The notes under the pieces: model-generated
The model's input: only the letters and a program-made list of their open reading frames with translations
Databases searched by the model: none
Told to the model about the DNA's origin: nothing
Position numbers and translations under genes: made by a program
Shown: one piece after another, positions 11,868 to 22,996 of the stretch
How positions within the stretch are numbered: position 1 is the first letter of the stretch
Layout of the letters: each line of letters opens with the position of its first letter
Assembly: GCA_965112735.1 (NCBI GenBank)
Contig: OZ218950.1
Span: 3,596,001 to 3,660,000, forward strand
Source: Phaeosaccion multiseriatum
Taxonomy: Eukaryota > Protista > Ochrophyta, other classes
Length of the DNA: 64,000 nucleotides
Reading direction: 5' to 3'

Positions 11868-12677
11868 TCATGCCTCGAGCTGGCCTATACACGACTCCAG
11901 CAACGTGACGTCAGCACCCACGAACTCCTGGATGACCTTCCCGTCCTTGTAGACTTTGAATGTGGGTACGGACATGATGGATGCGTCACCCGCCGCCTGA
12001 ATGGCGAAGGACGGACGCATCAAGGGGAGGGGTAGCAGGATCAAGAGGATGATAGGTCACTGTGAGATTGCTTTCAGGCGCGCGGCAATCAAGCCTAAGC
12101 AGACAGCGCAGCAGATGCACGGGCAGTCGACAGAGCGGGAGCAGCGCTCCCTCACTCTCCGTCCTTCTGTCGCCTTGTGGGTAGAGAGCTTGCACACAGG
12201 TGGGGAACACTTCCTCCTTTCCGCGCTCACCTCATCGTTCTCGTCAATGTCAATGTGAGCAAAGGCAAGCTCCTCCTTCTCCTTGGCCAGCTGCTGGTAC
12301 ACGGGCGCCATCCGTTTGCATGGGCCGCACCTGTGATAGATGTCGATAAATAACCAAGGGGATTAGAGTATAATAACCACATACTCAGTGTCCTTCGTGG
12401 CAAGAGAGCTTAGTCCTCACCATTTGGCACCGAAGTAGAGCACGCTTTTCTCACGAGGAAAGGCCTTGTACTCCTCCATGGTGAGTAGCTCCGCCACCTC
12501 GCCCTTCTGATGCCTGCCGCTGCTTAGCTCCCGCTTCAATTGGTGCTGGGAATACACTGGACGGATGCACTGATGCCTCTCCGCGGCCTTGATCCCTCGT
12601 GGGATCGCCGAAGGCGTCGGCCCGAAGGCGGCACATGCCGCTGCTGTCCCCCTCCTCAGCACAGCCCTCCCAATCAT
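11868..12677 (-). CDS. Thioredoxin (WCGPC), probably mitochondrial, 3 exons
   Basis: Exons 12677-12421, 12330-12231 and 11996-11868. Spliced sequence: LYFGAKW|CGPCKRMAPVYQQLA...IDIDENDE|AAGDASIMSVPTFKVYKDGKVIQEFVGAD. Basic N-terminal presequence. Confidence 0.93.
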
Positions 12678-12847
12678 CGTTATTCGTCTTTCCTTGCCAA
12701 TCTACGAGAGTTGCTGCTGCTGTACGACCGTAAAGAATGAAGGAAGAGGAGAGAGATGGCACCAGAAGGCGCTCCCCCTTTTTTCGCCTGGCTGCTTGGT
12801 GGGTGGAGAGCACGGGAAGGAAGAGGGCTTGAGCGCCAAGACCAATC

Positions 12848-13317
12848 ATGTCGGTCAATGAGCACAAGCCCGAGCCAGCGGAGAAGAAGTTCGATGTGAA
12901 AGGAGACATCAACGGCACGAGTACCACGATCGTGCTGGGCGACGAGGACCACACCCTGGGCAACTCCCTCAGACACGTGCTGATGCAGATCCCCTCGACG
13001 GACTTCTGTGGGTACAGTGTGCCGCACCCGTCGGAGCCGTACGTCCACATTCGCCTTCAGACCAATGGTGTGTAAGGAGGGAGAGGGGTTGCTTTTTATT
13101 TGGGGGGGGGGGGGGGACTGGGTGCAGCTGTCCTGACATTCTTTGCTGTGTGCTTTTGCTTTCTGCTGCCCTCCCCTCGTGTGTCTATGTGTGTACGTGC
13201 GCTGCAGATCGACCCGTGCTGCCTGTGCTGAGGCAAGGCCTCACCAACCTCGCGGAGGTGTGTGATGCGCTGGACGAAAAGGTCGTCGAGGCCCTTGCCG
13301 CACACGAAGATCGGTAG
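12848..13317 (+). CDS. RPC19: DNA-directed RNA polymerase I/III subunit AC19 (RPB11-like), 2 exons
   Basis: Exons 12848-13067 and 13208-13317. Motif EDHTLGNSLRHVLMQIPSTDFCGYSVPHPSE, then VLRQGLTNLAEVCDAL. Confidence 0.92.
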
Positions 13318-14003
13318 TCGCTGCAGCTCTCTGTCTCCCACACACACACATTCGCACACACACAGGATGTGGGCGACGCACAGACCTACTTGCGGTGGGC
13401 CTTCTTGGCATGCAGAGACCTCGGGATGGCCACAGCCGCGGGTACGTAAGAGCAACGAGGCAATGCTGGCTGTGTGTCCAGTTTTGGGCTTGATCGCGGC
13501 CCTGAGGAGGGACTCATTCTCCTTGTCCAGTCACTCTCTGTACTTACTGTACCGATATGTCTTTCCCTCTGTGCTGCTCATGTTCCTTCGCAGATGGTGA
13601 CCTTGGAGGCACCATTACGCGCTCAGGTCACACCCATGTGCCCTTTCTGTCTCCCGCCCGGACTGGATTGGGGGGGGGGGGGGGCTTGGACTTTGGAGCA
13701 GCGGCCTTGACGTACTCCTGGGAGGGGAGAGAGGGGCTGCAGCAGCATGGACAGGAAGAAGGAAGGGCGCCACAGCGTCATCTGATAATCTGTGCGTGTC
13801 CAGGCCTCTCTTCCCCGCACACTCATTGTACAGAGAGTAGTCAGAGAGGGGTTACCTCGAAGAGGAAGTTTTAATAAAATGTTCAATAAAATAAAATAAA
13901 AAAGAATTAAAAGGGTGTCTGCGATTTGAGGAAAAAGCACTTTCCCGGTCCCAAATCGTAAAAAAGGTCGGGATAAATTAAGAGCGACTGCCTGCCGCCT
14001 TGA

Positions 14004-15423
14004 CTAGTGCGGCGGGATAGGCCGGTCCGCCAGCCAGTAGTTGCCCTTGAGCTCCCCCAGCACCTCCTCCGATAGCGGCAGGGCGGCACGGGACTGTTTC
14101 TCCAGCATGAGGGCCCTCTCCTTGCAGTAGAAGGACACGAGCGGCACGAGGTCCTCCATGTCCTGAATCACAATGTCGCAGCCTCGGCCGTTGTCGGCGC
14201 GCTCCCCTTGCATGAGCATCTCTGCGTGGGAGGACTTGACCTCCGGAATGATGTGCGAGGCTCCCACATAGCCCACAATGAAGCCGATATCCGCATTAGC
14301 TGCGCTGCCCACCCCCGACGCGCTGTCCTCCACGGCGACGCAGTTGCCGGCCAGGGCGCCCTCGTGCTCGGCCGCCTTGAGGTACACGGACGGGTCGGGC
14401 TTGAAGCGAGGAGGGTCAAAGTCGCTCTCCCCCGAGTGGATCTTGTCCGGCGGGAAGTAGTCGGCCAGCTTGCATGCCTCCACAGAAGCCGGGACACGAG
14501 GCTTTGGCGACGTCGTGGCAATGGCAAAGGGCACATTCATACACTTGAGTTTTTCTAGACAGCTCACCATCCCGGGGTTGGGCTGCGCAACTGCGGCCAA
14601 CGCCTCCACTGTCTCTGTCTTTTGCATGGTGAGAATATCCAGGAGGGAGCCGTCGGCCCCTCGTAGAGAATCCAGTGGCTTGAGGCCAAAGTCAGCTCTT
14701 CTCTTGTTCACCTTCTCCATTACTTTGGGGTCTTCGCCACCCGAGGCTCTCACGGTAGCAATGTCGGGCAGGCCCGCCTCCTCGCGCGCCTTCTCCACCA
14801 CTTCTAGCATGAACTCAAAGGCCTTGCCTGCGTTGTTGCGGACGTAGTCCTGAGAATGGCGCGTCGCCCATGGGGGGCATTGTGAGCGTGATTGGAGAGA
14901 GACAGAAGGAAGAGAGGGGGGGGGGGGCGTCTTTGCGCCCACACTTACCTGCTCCTCGGGAACGGTTTCGGATGCAGGAAAATAGGGTGCAAGCTCCCAA
15001 TACGCCACCTGCACGAAGAGGGAAGGGGGCACGTACGCAAAAATTGGATTTGGTGAGGAGCAGGCTGACGTTTCCCGCGTCATTTTGGACTCCCTGGGCG
15101 CTAGAGAAAGCTGTGCATTTCGGCCTAGGGTTACAAGCATTGAAGAGAAGCAGTCGCACCTCCATAGCCGGTTGCTCAGTGTCCCCCACAGTGCCGTCAA
15201 AGTCGAAGAGCACGGAGATTCGCTTGGGGTCCAGCTCAGGTATGCCCATTCTCAACTGCATCTGCGAGCATCTTCGCTGTTGTTGCTGCTGTTGCTGCTG
15301 CTGGAGCTGCTGCACTCGCCCTCCAATCCCAGGCCCGCTGGCTACGAACGCCCTAACGAAGCCGCAGGAGCAGGACGAGAGCGCGAGAGCAGCGCCAGCG
15401 ACAGATATCAGAGACGAAGCCAT
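14004..15423 (-). CDS. HAD-superfamily (subfamily IA) phosphatase, CbbY/beta-phosphoglucomutase-like, plastid-targeted, 3 exons
   Basis: Exons 15423-15160, 15008-14949 and 14849-14004. HAD motif I LFDFDGTVGDTE, motif II AIATTS, motif III KPDPSVY, motif IV VAVEDSASGVGSA. Signal peptide ends in VRAF. Confidence 0.88.
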
Positions 15424-15933
15424 TGGGCGTCTCCGTGAGATCAAGACCTCTGGACCGAAGTCTGCTTCTGCGTCCTCTATCTACACGTCTTTGAAGGGCC
15501 TCAGCGCTGCTGCTGCCCCTTAAAAATACAATGTGTAGCCGTGTTGAAGAGAGGGCCGTGGGCTGCCATCTCATCCCATCCCATACGATTCCACATGGTC
15601 TCCCCCCCCCCCGTCTTCATTTACGCGTCAATTTGTAAAGTAAGGCCCCTCGCAGAAAGGTGGTGTGTGAGTCTTTCCAGACCAGCTTTTTGCGCGGACA
15701 GCGAGCTTAAGGGGAACAATTTATTTTTTATTTTTTTACTACGAAGTATAGACCTGCCCCCGATTTCGGCCAAGCAAGAACACAGTTATACGCGTGGCTG
15801 CAAGGCACGCTTGCTTCGGGCAGCCATCGAGCTCTGTGCCTTGAAGGCCTGTAGGACACGCTCCCCAGGGATGGCGGGCATGGCCTACCTCCATCGCAGA
15901 TTCCAGTCTGGCCTGCCTCGCTCAGCCTCCTGC

Positions 15934-16059
15934 TCGACCCCTGACGCACTATCCGCTATCCGCTATCGCCGGCGCCAGCGATCCGCTATCCGCTATCGGC
16001 CGGCGGCCGATAGCGCGCTATCAGGCCCCCCATGTGGGCGATAGTGCGTCAGGGGTCGA
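15934..16059. mobile_element. MITE copy A (126 bp) with perfect 20-bp TIRs and 6-bp TSD
   Basis: Left TCGACCCCTGACGCACTATC (15934-15953) is the exact reverse complement of right GATAGTGCGTCAGGGGTCGA (16040-16059). TCCTGC flanks both ends (15928-15933 and 16060-16065). Confidence 0.9.
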
Positions 16060-16115
16060 TCCTGCCCACCATTCACGCTCCCTGCTCTTTCATTCAGAGG
16101 ATGCAGGTGCATTCT

Positions 16116-16760
16116 TCACTCCCGCAGGTTCTTGTACTTGTTCTTTTTCTTCATCGGGGCGTCCTTCCCTGATAAGAGGTGAGGGGAGGGTACGCGGTCG
16201 ACGGTCCACTCCACCTTTGGGGGTGGCCCACTACCGCTCTTCTCGCGCTGCTTGAGGGAATCCTTCGTTTCCTTGGTGAGGGGTCTCCCGGCGTAATCAG
16301 ACGCCCCCTTCCTGAGATGAGCGGGCTTCTGATCCTCACTGCGGTGGTCCTTTCTAATGTTCTTTTGGCGCGACCTCTTTTTTGGTTTTATGCCCCACGC
16401 CTTCTTCCCCTCCGCCTGCTGCTGGTCGTTGCTGCCGTCCTCTAATCCTGAAGTGGCTGCATAGCTTCCACCATCACCTCCTTCCTCTTGCTTGGGCGTT
16501 CCTTCACCCTCCTCCTTCTCCACTCTCTCTTCCTCTCCCTCCTCCTTTTTCCTTTTCTTTTTCTTGTTCTTTTTCTTCTTTTTCTTCTCCTCCTTCAGCT
16601 CCTGCTCTGGCTTACTCTCCTCCCGGGCGTTTGTCTTGAAGCTGGCGCTCCGACTGCCTTCTCCGTCGTCCTCGTCATCATGGTCGTCCACCACCAACAA
16701 GTTGGAATCCGTCTCCACCGTGGGCTCGGCGTCCTCCCTCCGCCTCCTCTTCCTTAACAT
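16116..16760 (-). CDS. Lys/Glu-rich hypothetical nuclear/nucleolar protein, single exon
   Basis: ATG at 16760 (MLRKRRRRE...). Poly-K tracts and a basic block KKRSRQKNIRKDHR...KPAHLRKG...YAGRPLTKET. Divergent partner ATG at 16881. Confidence 0.65.
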   Translation of the reverse strand: MLRKRRRREDAEPTVETDSNLLVVDDHDDEDDGEGSRSASFKTNAREESKPEQELKEEKKKKKKNKKKKRKKEEGEEERVEKEEGEGTPKQEEGGDGGSYAATSGLEDGSNDQQQAEGKKAWGIKPKKRSRQKNIRKDHRSEDQKPAHLRKGASDYAGRPLTKETKDSLKQREKSGSGPPPKVEWTVDRVPSPHLLSGKDAPMKKKNKYKNLRE

Positions 16761-16880
16761 GTTTTTCTTTTTGCAGATGTCGCCACTCTTCCGCCATCTA
16801 CTGCCTTCCCACTTCCTTACTTCCTTCACGCTTCACGATTGAAGACAAGTGAGAGAAGGGAGAGGGGGCAGAGAGAGAGA

Positions 16881-17533
16881 ATGAGCGAAGCAGGTGCAGC
16901 AGAAGAGGCAGAGGGGAATGGGGACTGCAGTGAAGCGTCATCGTCGACCTCTGTGTGCCTGTCCTCGTTGCAGCTGCAGGTACTCTACCAAGAATGCTGC
17001 ATCACTGAGGTGCAAGATTTAAATGCTGGTCACTCGTCTGCCTCTGCTTCTACTCTGGAACCTGTGGAGGGCTGCGCAGCTGTCGATCACAGAGGAGGCA
17101 ACCATGCTCTTGCCGTGGCTCCGTGTTCCAGCAGTGGCAGCAGAGGTGGTGATGGCAGTGACACTAGCGGAGAGGGAACTCAGATAGTTGAGTGGGACAA
17201 CGAGGTACCGTGTAAACTCGTGTGGTTGAGCTTCTACAAGCGAGCGGACGGGACTATGGCCCTTTGCATCTCGCAAAGACTGGGTGCGCAAGCTCAGTAT
17301 CAACAGGGGCTGCACAAGGAGCAGATACAGACCAAGGTAGTGCGAGACGTACTGCTGGATGACACGCTGGACGCTGTTTTTGACGATGGAGAGAATGCGA
17401 TCACTTTAGGTGAGGCCCCATGTTGGGAGACTGAAGTATGCAGTCTGCCTTTTCTATGTAGCAAGGGGCATTGGGTTTCGTCATCCTGTCTGGGAAATGG
17501 CTGCCTTGACTGACTACCACAGAGGATGATTGA
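16881..17533 (+). CDS. Hypothetical protein (~180 aa), probably 2 exons
   Basis: ATG at 16881 and an open frame to a GTGAGG donor at 17410. The CAG acceptor at 17522 gives ...ITLEDD*. The C-terminal half looks globular (VPCKLVWLSFYKRADGTMALCISQRL). Confidence 0.5.
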
Positions 17534-17800
17534 CTCCTTCACTGCCACCCCTTCCCTGAGCCCGTTCCACAGTGGAACGGCAACTGGACGACACTGACGA
17601 CGACACAACCACAACACTCACCAACAATCGCCCCGTAAATCCACCGTGCCCCAATCGTCTTTCTTCCAGCCCCAAGTCTCAGCCGGCGATTTCGACTTCA
17701 CTTCAATGATGAAGTCGAATTTGCTCTCTTTCGCAAAGCGCTCACTGGATCTCGCCAGATCTTCGTGTCTACCCTCAGTCTGCGGGGACTGGCCTCGGAT

Positions 17801-20800
17801 ATGCACTGGCGGGGCTTCGGCCACGCTCTGGATGCGTGCAAGCAGGGCCGAGACGGCCACCCCACTGGGGAAGGAGGGGCTTCCGTGGCCAGCAGGAAAG
17901 GGAACGGCCGGCAGCAGAGAGAGACCAATCGCCTTCTAAATGGGGCGGGGATAGCTGCGAGCGGCTTCTCTGCCCAAGACGATCGCCACCGTGGAGGCGA
18001 TTTCAGCTCATCCAATGGTCACACAAGTGGGGAAGGAGATGGGACGGCTGGCGGCAGTAGTGTAAAGGAGGAGGAAGAGGAGGAGGAGGAGGAGGCGGGA
18101 GTGGATGATGGGGGCGAGGAAACGGAAGTACCTCCAATGGTGTCTGAAGCCTTGGCAGCGGCGGCCGCCAAGTACAAGCTGCCGACCCCGCCAGCCTCGG
18201 AGGAAGGAGCCGCTCCCCGCCTCAAGAGCATGTAAGCGAGCGCCTTGCTCATTTCTTTGAAGATGAATTGCTTTTGTCAGCTGAACTGTTGTGCATTGGG
18301 TTGAGGTTGTAGGACTTAAGTATTTTGCCACCGCCCATTCCCCTTGCTCCTGCCCATATCCGATTCTCCTGCTGCTCGCTTCCTCTGCTTCCTGACCGAT
18401 TTGCCACTGTGGCTTGTGTGTGGCTGTGATGTACCAGTTCGTCTGGTGTCGCCACCCATCCGCTGCGCCTGCTACCGCGCACGAGTAGTAACCACAAGGG
18501 CTTGACTGGAGGAGGCGGGGTGGACGGCAGCGATGACACAGACGTCGAGAGCACCACCGAACGCTCTGATGCAGCACCAGCACCAGCAGGAGCAGCGACG
18601 ACACCCGAAGGAGGAACAAAGGGTGGCGAAGAAAAGCCTGTAGAAGCATCAGCAGGAGCAGCAGGAGCAGCAGCTGTTCCTACAGAAACCGCCAGCCTGG
18701 CTCGTATGACAGCTGCCTCATACAACACCAATCTCCGAGTGTCAAACGAGCTGCACTTTTGCCACCGCTGCCATCAGAAGAGGAAGGGCATGGCCATGAG
18801 CTGCCCCATGGGCATGGCGAGTCACTCGTGGTGCTCGCGCTGCCTGCTCAAGGTGTACGGCGTGTCTGACGCGGAGGTGCAGTCCGGCGATGTCGTGTAC
18901 AGCTGCCCCTCGTGCGACGGCTTTTGCAAGTGCCCCAAATGCCTCCTCAAATACGGCACCCCTAAGCCGGAGTCGCTCTTCCATGCGGGCATCAAGACGG
19001 CCCTGGAGGGGGGGGTCTCCGAGACGGCGACAACTACGACGACGGCGGTAGCGAGTGGCAGTGGTGTCAGGGGGGGCGATGGCACGACAGGCGGTGGGAG
19101 CAGCGGTAGCACAGCCAAGGGTGGCAAGAAGCGTAACGGCAGGTTGGTGTTGGTGGATAGATGCACGTGGGTGGGCGGTGCCCTTGTCTGTTCGTTTGGC
19201 GTTTCTCGCATGCCTTGCTCTCTCGCGCGAAGGCTCTTTCGCCCCTGCCCTTCACTCATCAGTGAATGCTTAAATTGATCCCTGTGTCCCCTCTTCTCGC
19301 CAACAGCTTCCCTCCATGTGCATGTATCTTCCTCTGCCGACCACTGATGCCAAACAACCTAACACTGCATGTATGCTTCTGCCCCTACGAACGACTTGCG
19401 CGCGCAGCGGAAAGGGGGGCAGCAACAAGGACAAGACCACCGCCACCAATAGTAGTAAGACTAGCAAGAGTAGTAGGAGCAGTAGTAAGAGCAACAAAGG
19501 TGGTAGCGGCAGTGGCAGCAGCGGCGCCATCGTTATTGGACGGCCGTGTTCGAAGCGACGACGCTCGATGCATAGGTTTGACGAGGACGCCTCCCAGACC
19601 AACGTCCTCCCTGTCCAGCTGGACACATCCACTCAGGAGGGCAGGCTTGCGGCGGCTCGTCTTATGGAGCAGGCGGTTGTGTACGAGGCTCTCCTTGCAA
19701 AGTATCTTAACTCGCTGCCCATGACCGCGGGCCGGCCCATCAGGTATGTATGTATGTATGTATGTATGTATGTATGTATGTATGTATGTATGTATGTATG
19801 TATGTATGTTTGGATGTTTGGATGTGTGTTTATGTATCTATGTATCTGTGTATGTTTGCTGTATGTACGTGTCTTTATGTATGTTTGTTTGTATAGATGG
19901 ATGTGTGTATGGGGCGGTGAGAAGCCATGCTGTCGTTTGCCTGCGAAAGGAGGAAGGTGTTTCTTTTTTGTCGCTCACAATCCTGGTACTGTACGATTCT
20001 TACAGTGGGCAAGAAATTGAAGAGACCTACCTCTTCTTGCGACTTCCCTTTCTGCCCCTTCTCCCCCCACCCCTTTTCGTAGGCCTCTTACCTTTGTTTC
20101 CTTCGTCCTACCCTGTCCTCCCCCCCTTCTTTGTTTTGACCTCCCCCCCCACCCCCCAACCCAACCCAGTGAGGACGTCTGTCTGACCTGCAAGGACGGG
20201 GGGGCGTTGCTGGAGTGCGATGTGAGCAGCTGCACCTCCCAGCGCAGGGCAGGGCGGCATTGCCAAAAGGTGTACCACGCGCACTGCTTGGGCTACGCGG
20301 TGGGCGACAATGAGAAGCTCGAGTGTCCGAGGCATCGCTGCACCGTGTGTCAGGCCAAGGCCACTCGCTTCTGCCGCTTCTGCCCGACTTCTCTCTGCGC
20401 CAAGCACTACGCAGAGAATGCGCCACCGCCTGCATTGCCGAAGAAGGTAGCAGCTGGAGACGACAACGAGAACGACAACAGAAGCAGCAGCAGTAGGTCG
20501 AAGAAGAAGAAGAAGAAAAGGAGCAGGGGCGACCAGGCTGGCAGCAGCAGCAATAGCAGTAGCAGTAGTCACGACGGGGCTTGGAGCGGGAGAGAAGGAG
20601 GCTCGGGGCTTGTGGCTCTGGACCTGTCCGACGTTCCCCTGTGGAGGGTCTTGGGTAGCACCTTCGCGGAGGCGGGCCCGGGGGTGCTCAGGGCGCTGGG
20701 CTTCGACGAGGGGGGGGGAGATGCTGCTGCTACTGGCATGGACGTTTCAGAGAACGGTTACGGAACAGCCGCCAGCAGTGGCGAGATGAGCAACGAAGTT

Positions 20801-21272
20801 GCGAGCAGCAGAGGAGGGAGTCGGGTGAAAAGCACAGGGGGTTGTTCGAGAGGAGGGAAGTCTGCTCACGCCGATTTGTTGAAGGAGCTGTCGCCCGTGG
20901 ACGACGAGTTCCTCTGCTGTGACTGCGGACTCATGGTGCGGTCTGCAGTGGCCAACTACGGCTTCTTGCAGCTTCAGCAGGTGGAGGGGCTGCTGGTGCG
21001 TCCGAGGGGAGTGGCGGCTCCTGTGCATGAGGTGGACTTTGCCACTGTGCCGCTGCCACCGGAGGGGTCGTCACCAGAGGGGCCACCAGGGAGGCGTGGA
21101 GGGCGTGAACTGCTAGGGTTAGGTCCTCCTCCTTCTTCTTCTCCTTCTCCGTCTTTGCTCACGGCTGGGGGAGCAACAGCGCAAGGCAGGGCAGCGGACG
21201 GGAGTGCAGCAGAAGGAGCAGCGGAAGCGGCAGGAGGAGAAGTGACAGGAGGAGCAGCAGCCACAGAAATAG

Positions 21273-21314
<42 letters not shown>

Positions 21315-21703
21315 GTGCCTCGGCGACAGAGATGACCAGCGCCGATGTTTCGGTGGAGCCGAAAGAAGCACGAGGAGATGCAACGGAGGTCGAGGCGGTG
21401 GTTGAGGCAGCGGCGGCAGCAGGAGAGCGGGAACGAGCGGGGACTGGTCCTTGTGGTGCTTCCCTCTCTGCCGCCGTTGCTATGGAGGAGGAGGATATTG
21501 GTGGCGTTGTGGTGGCGCAAGAAGCTGTGGATGCAGATGCAGACGCAACCCGAGGAGGGGGAGATGCCCCACAAGCGGCAGACGGCGATGGTGCTGCTGC
21601 GAGGACGATGGGCGGCGTAGTAGCAGTGGCGGCGGCAGGAGCTGCCGTCCCTTCGACTTTGGGCGCCTGGACAGAGCCCGCGCCGCAGCCAGTATCCACT
21701 TGA
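17801..21703 (+). CDS. Chromatin-associated Cys-rich protein: zf-4CXXC_R1-type zinc finger plus NSD-type PHD-C5HCH tandem, 4 exons
   Basis: Exons 17801-18231, 18438-19142, 19408-19743 and 20170-21703; all three introns are phase 2 and splice in frame. Finger 1: CHRCHQKR..SC......WCSRCLLKVYG...YSCPSCDGFCKCPKC. Finger 2: EDVCLTCKDGGALLECD...CQKVYHAHCL...CPRHRCTVC....RFCRFCPTSLCAKH. Start codon uncertain. Confidence 0.8.
19745..19808 (+). repeat. (TATG)n tetranucleotide microsatellite starting at an intron donor
   Basis: About 16 perfect TATG units immediately after the GT donor at 19744, degenerating to ~19910. Confidence 0.95.
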
Positions 21704-22827
21704 GGGAGGAGTGAGGGCGCCTGTGTGATCACAGAGTCAAGTGCCATGGCCAAGGCGAATGCTCTCCACAATTTTGTTGACATGTTAATGTGATGTTAAT
21801 ACATGAGTTGTCGCCGCCTCTCTGACTGACGCGTCCATGAACTCTCCTGCTGTTGGTGCGTTCGTCCCACTCACTCACTCACTCACTCACTCACTCACTC
21901 ACTCACGGCTCTTTCCCTCTTCCGGTACAAATACCACACACCGATGCAAGAAGACCCGAGCAATGCAGAGCATGCTTACCATCCCCCTCTCCCGGCCCCC
22001 ATGTCGCATCGAACGGCGCCCTTCTGCCTCGCTCTCCCTCATGGCTCTTTTCAATCCGCCAAGTGCCCATCGACGACGTCATGCATCGCGTGCGGTGTTG
22101 CGTCCTGTTGGTCCTTGGGGCGTCCTCCGCCAACTGGAGTCTCGGTGCGACACATCCAAGCCTGGGCGCGTGCACCTCTCCCAAACTAAGTAAGAGGCGG
22201 CCATTGTGTACGGCACGGTCTCCCTAGGGGGAGGGGGGGTGTACTAATGAACTGCTCCCCGCCGCTCACTGCACTTCGCTGCCCTTGGCTGCTCTCACTG
22301 CCACTCCTGCTGCTGTCAGTGCAAGACTTTGATGTAACCTGCCGCTTTTGTCTTGTTCTTCTTCCTTTTGCCCTTCCTCGGAAACGCAGAAAGTGGCCAG
22401 GCCTGACGATTCAGTACGTGGGCGCTGCCGTGGAACGTCTCACGCTCCATCTCGGTAGTAGCTGCAGCAGCATGCGGAGGGCGCGCACCAATCGCATTAG
22501 CACTAGCGCACCTCCCTCTCGCCTCCGAGGGGATAGACCTCACTACGCGTCCTTCGTGCGAACACGCCCCCACCCCATGAAGACAGCCCAATCACGTTGC
22601 TAACTGAGTAGCATTCTACTGTGCTCCGTCGTCGCTCCTCAACTTCTCAGTCGCGTCTAAGCCAACGGGCAGCGATGGTGGTCGTCTGCAGCACGCCAGT
22701 GTCGCCTTCACCGCAAACCTGACGGACAAGTCGAGGGCCACACTGCGCTACGTACGGCAAGAGTGACAGCACAAGAGTTTCACACCCACAGGGCTATCGC
22801 ACTAAGTCTGAACCAACTCATGCAGTC

Positions 22828-22864
<37 letters not shown>

Positions 22865-22996
22865 CCGCGTTGAGAGGCTTGGGGCAAGCGGCCCAGCCCA
22901 ATCAGGTGTCGTCCGTGGCCTTCTATCAACCCTGAGCCTCCTTCGACAAGGTCAGAGTGGACCCCTCCCTCCCCCTCCGGACCATGAGGTTCCCGG

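Noticed and set aside
15515-15715. CCCCTTAA ... TTAAGGGG as piggyBac or Kolobok transposon ends
   Set aside because: The inverted match is only 8 bp, TTAA lies inside rather than outside the putative ends, and there is no further TIR similarity.
21837-22900. Short ORFs between the PHD gene and TEN1
   Set aside because: No motifs and no consistent splice pattern. Probably UTR or intergenic sequence with (ACTC)n and (CT)n repeats.
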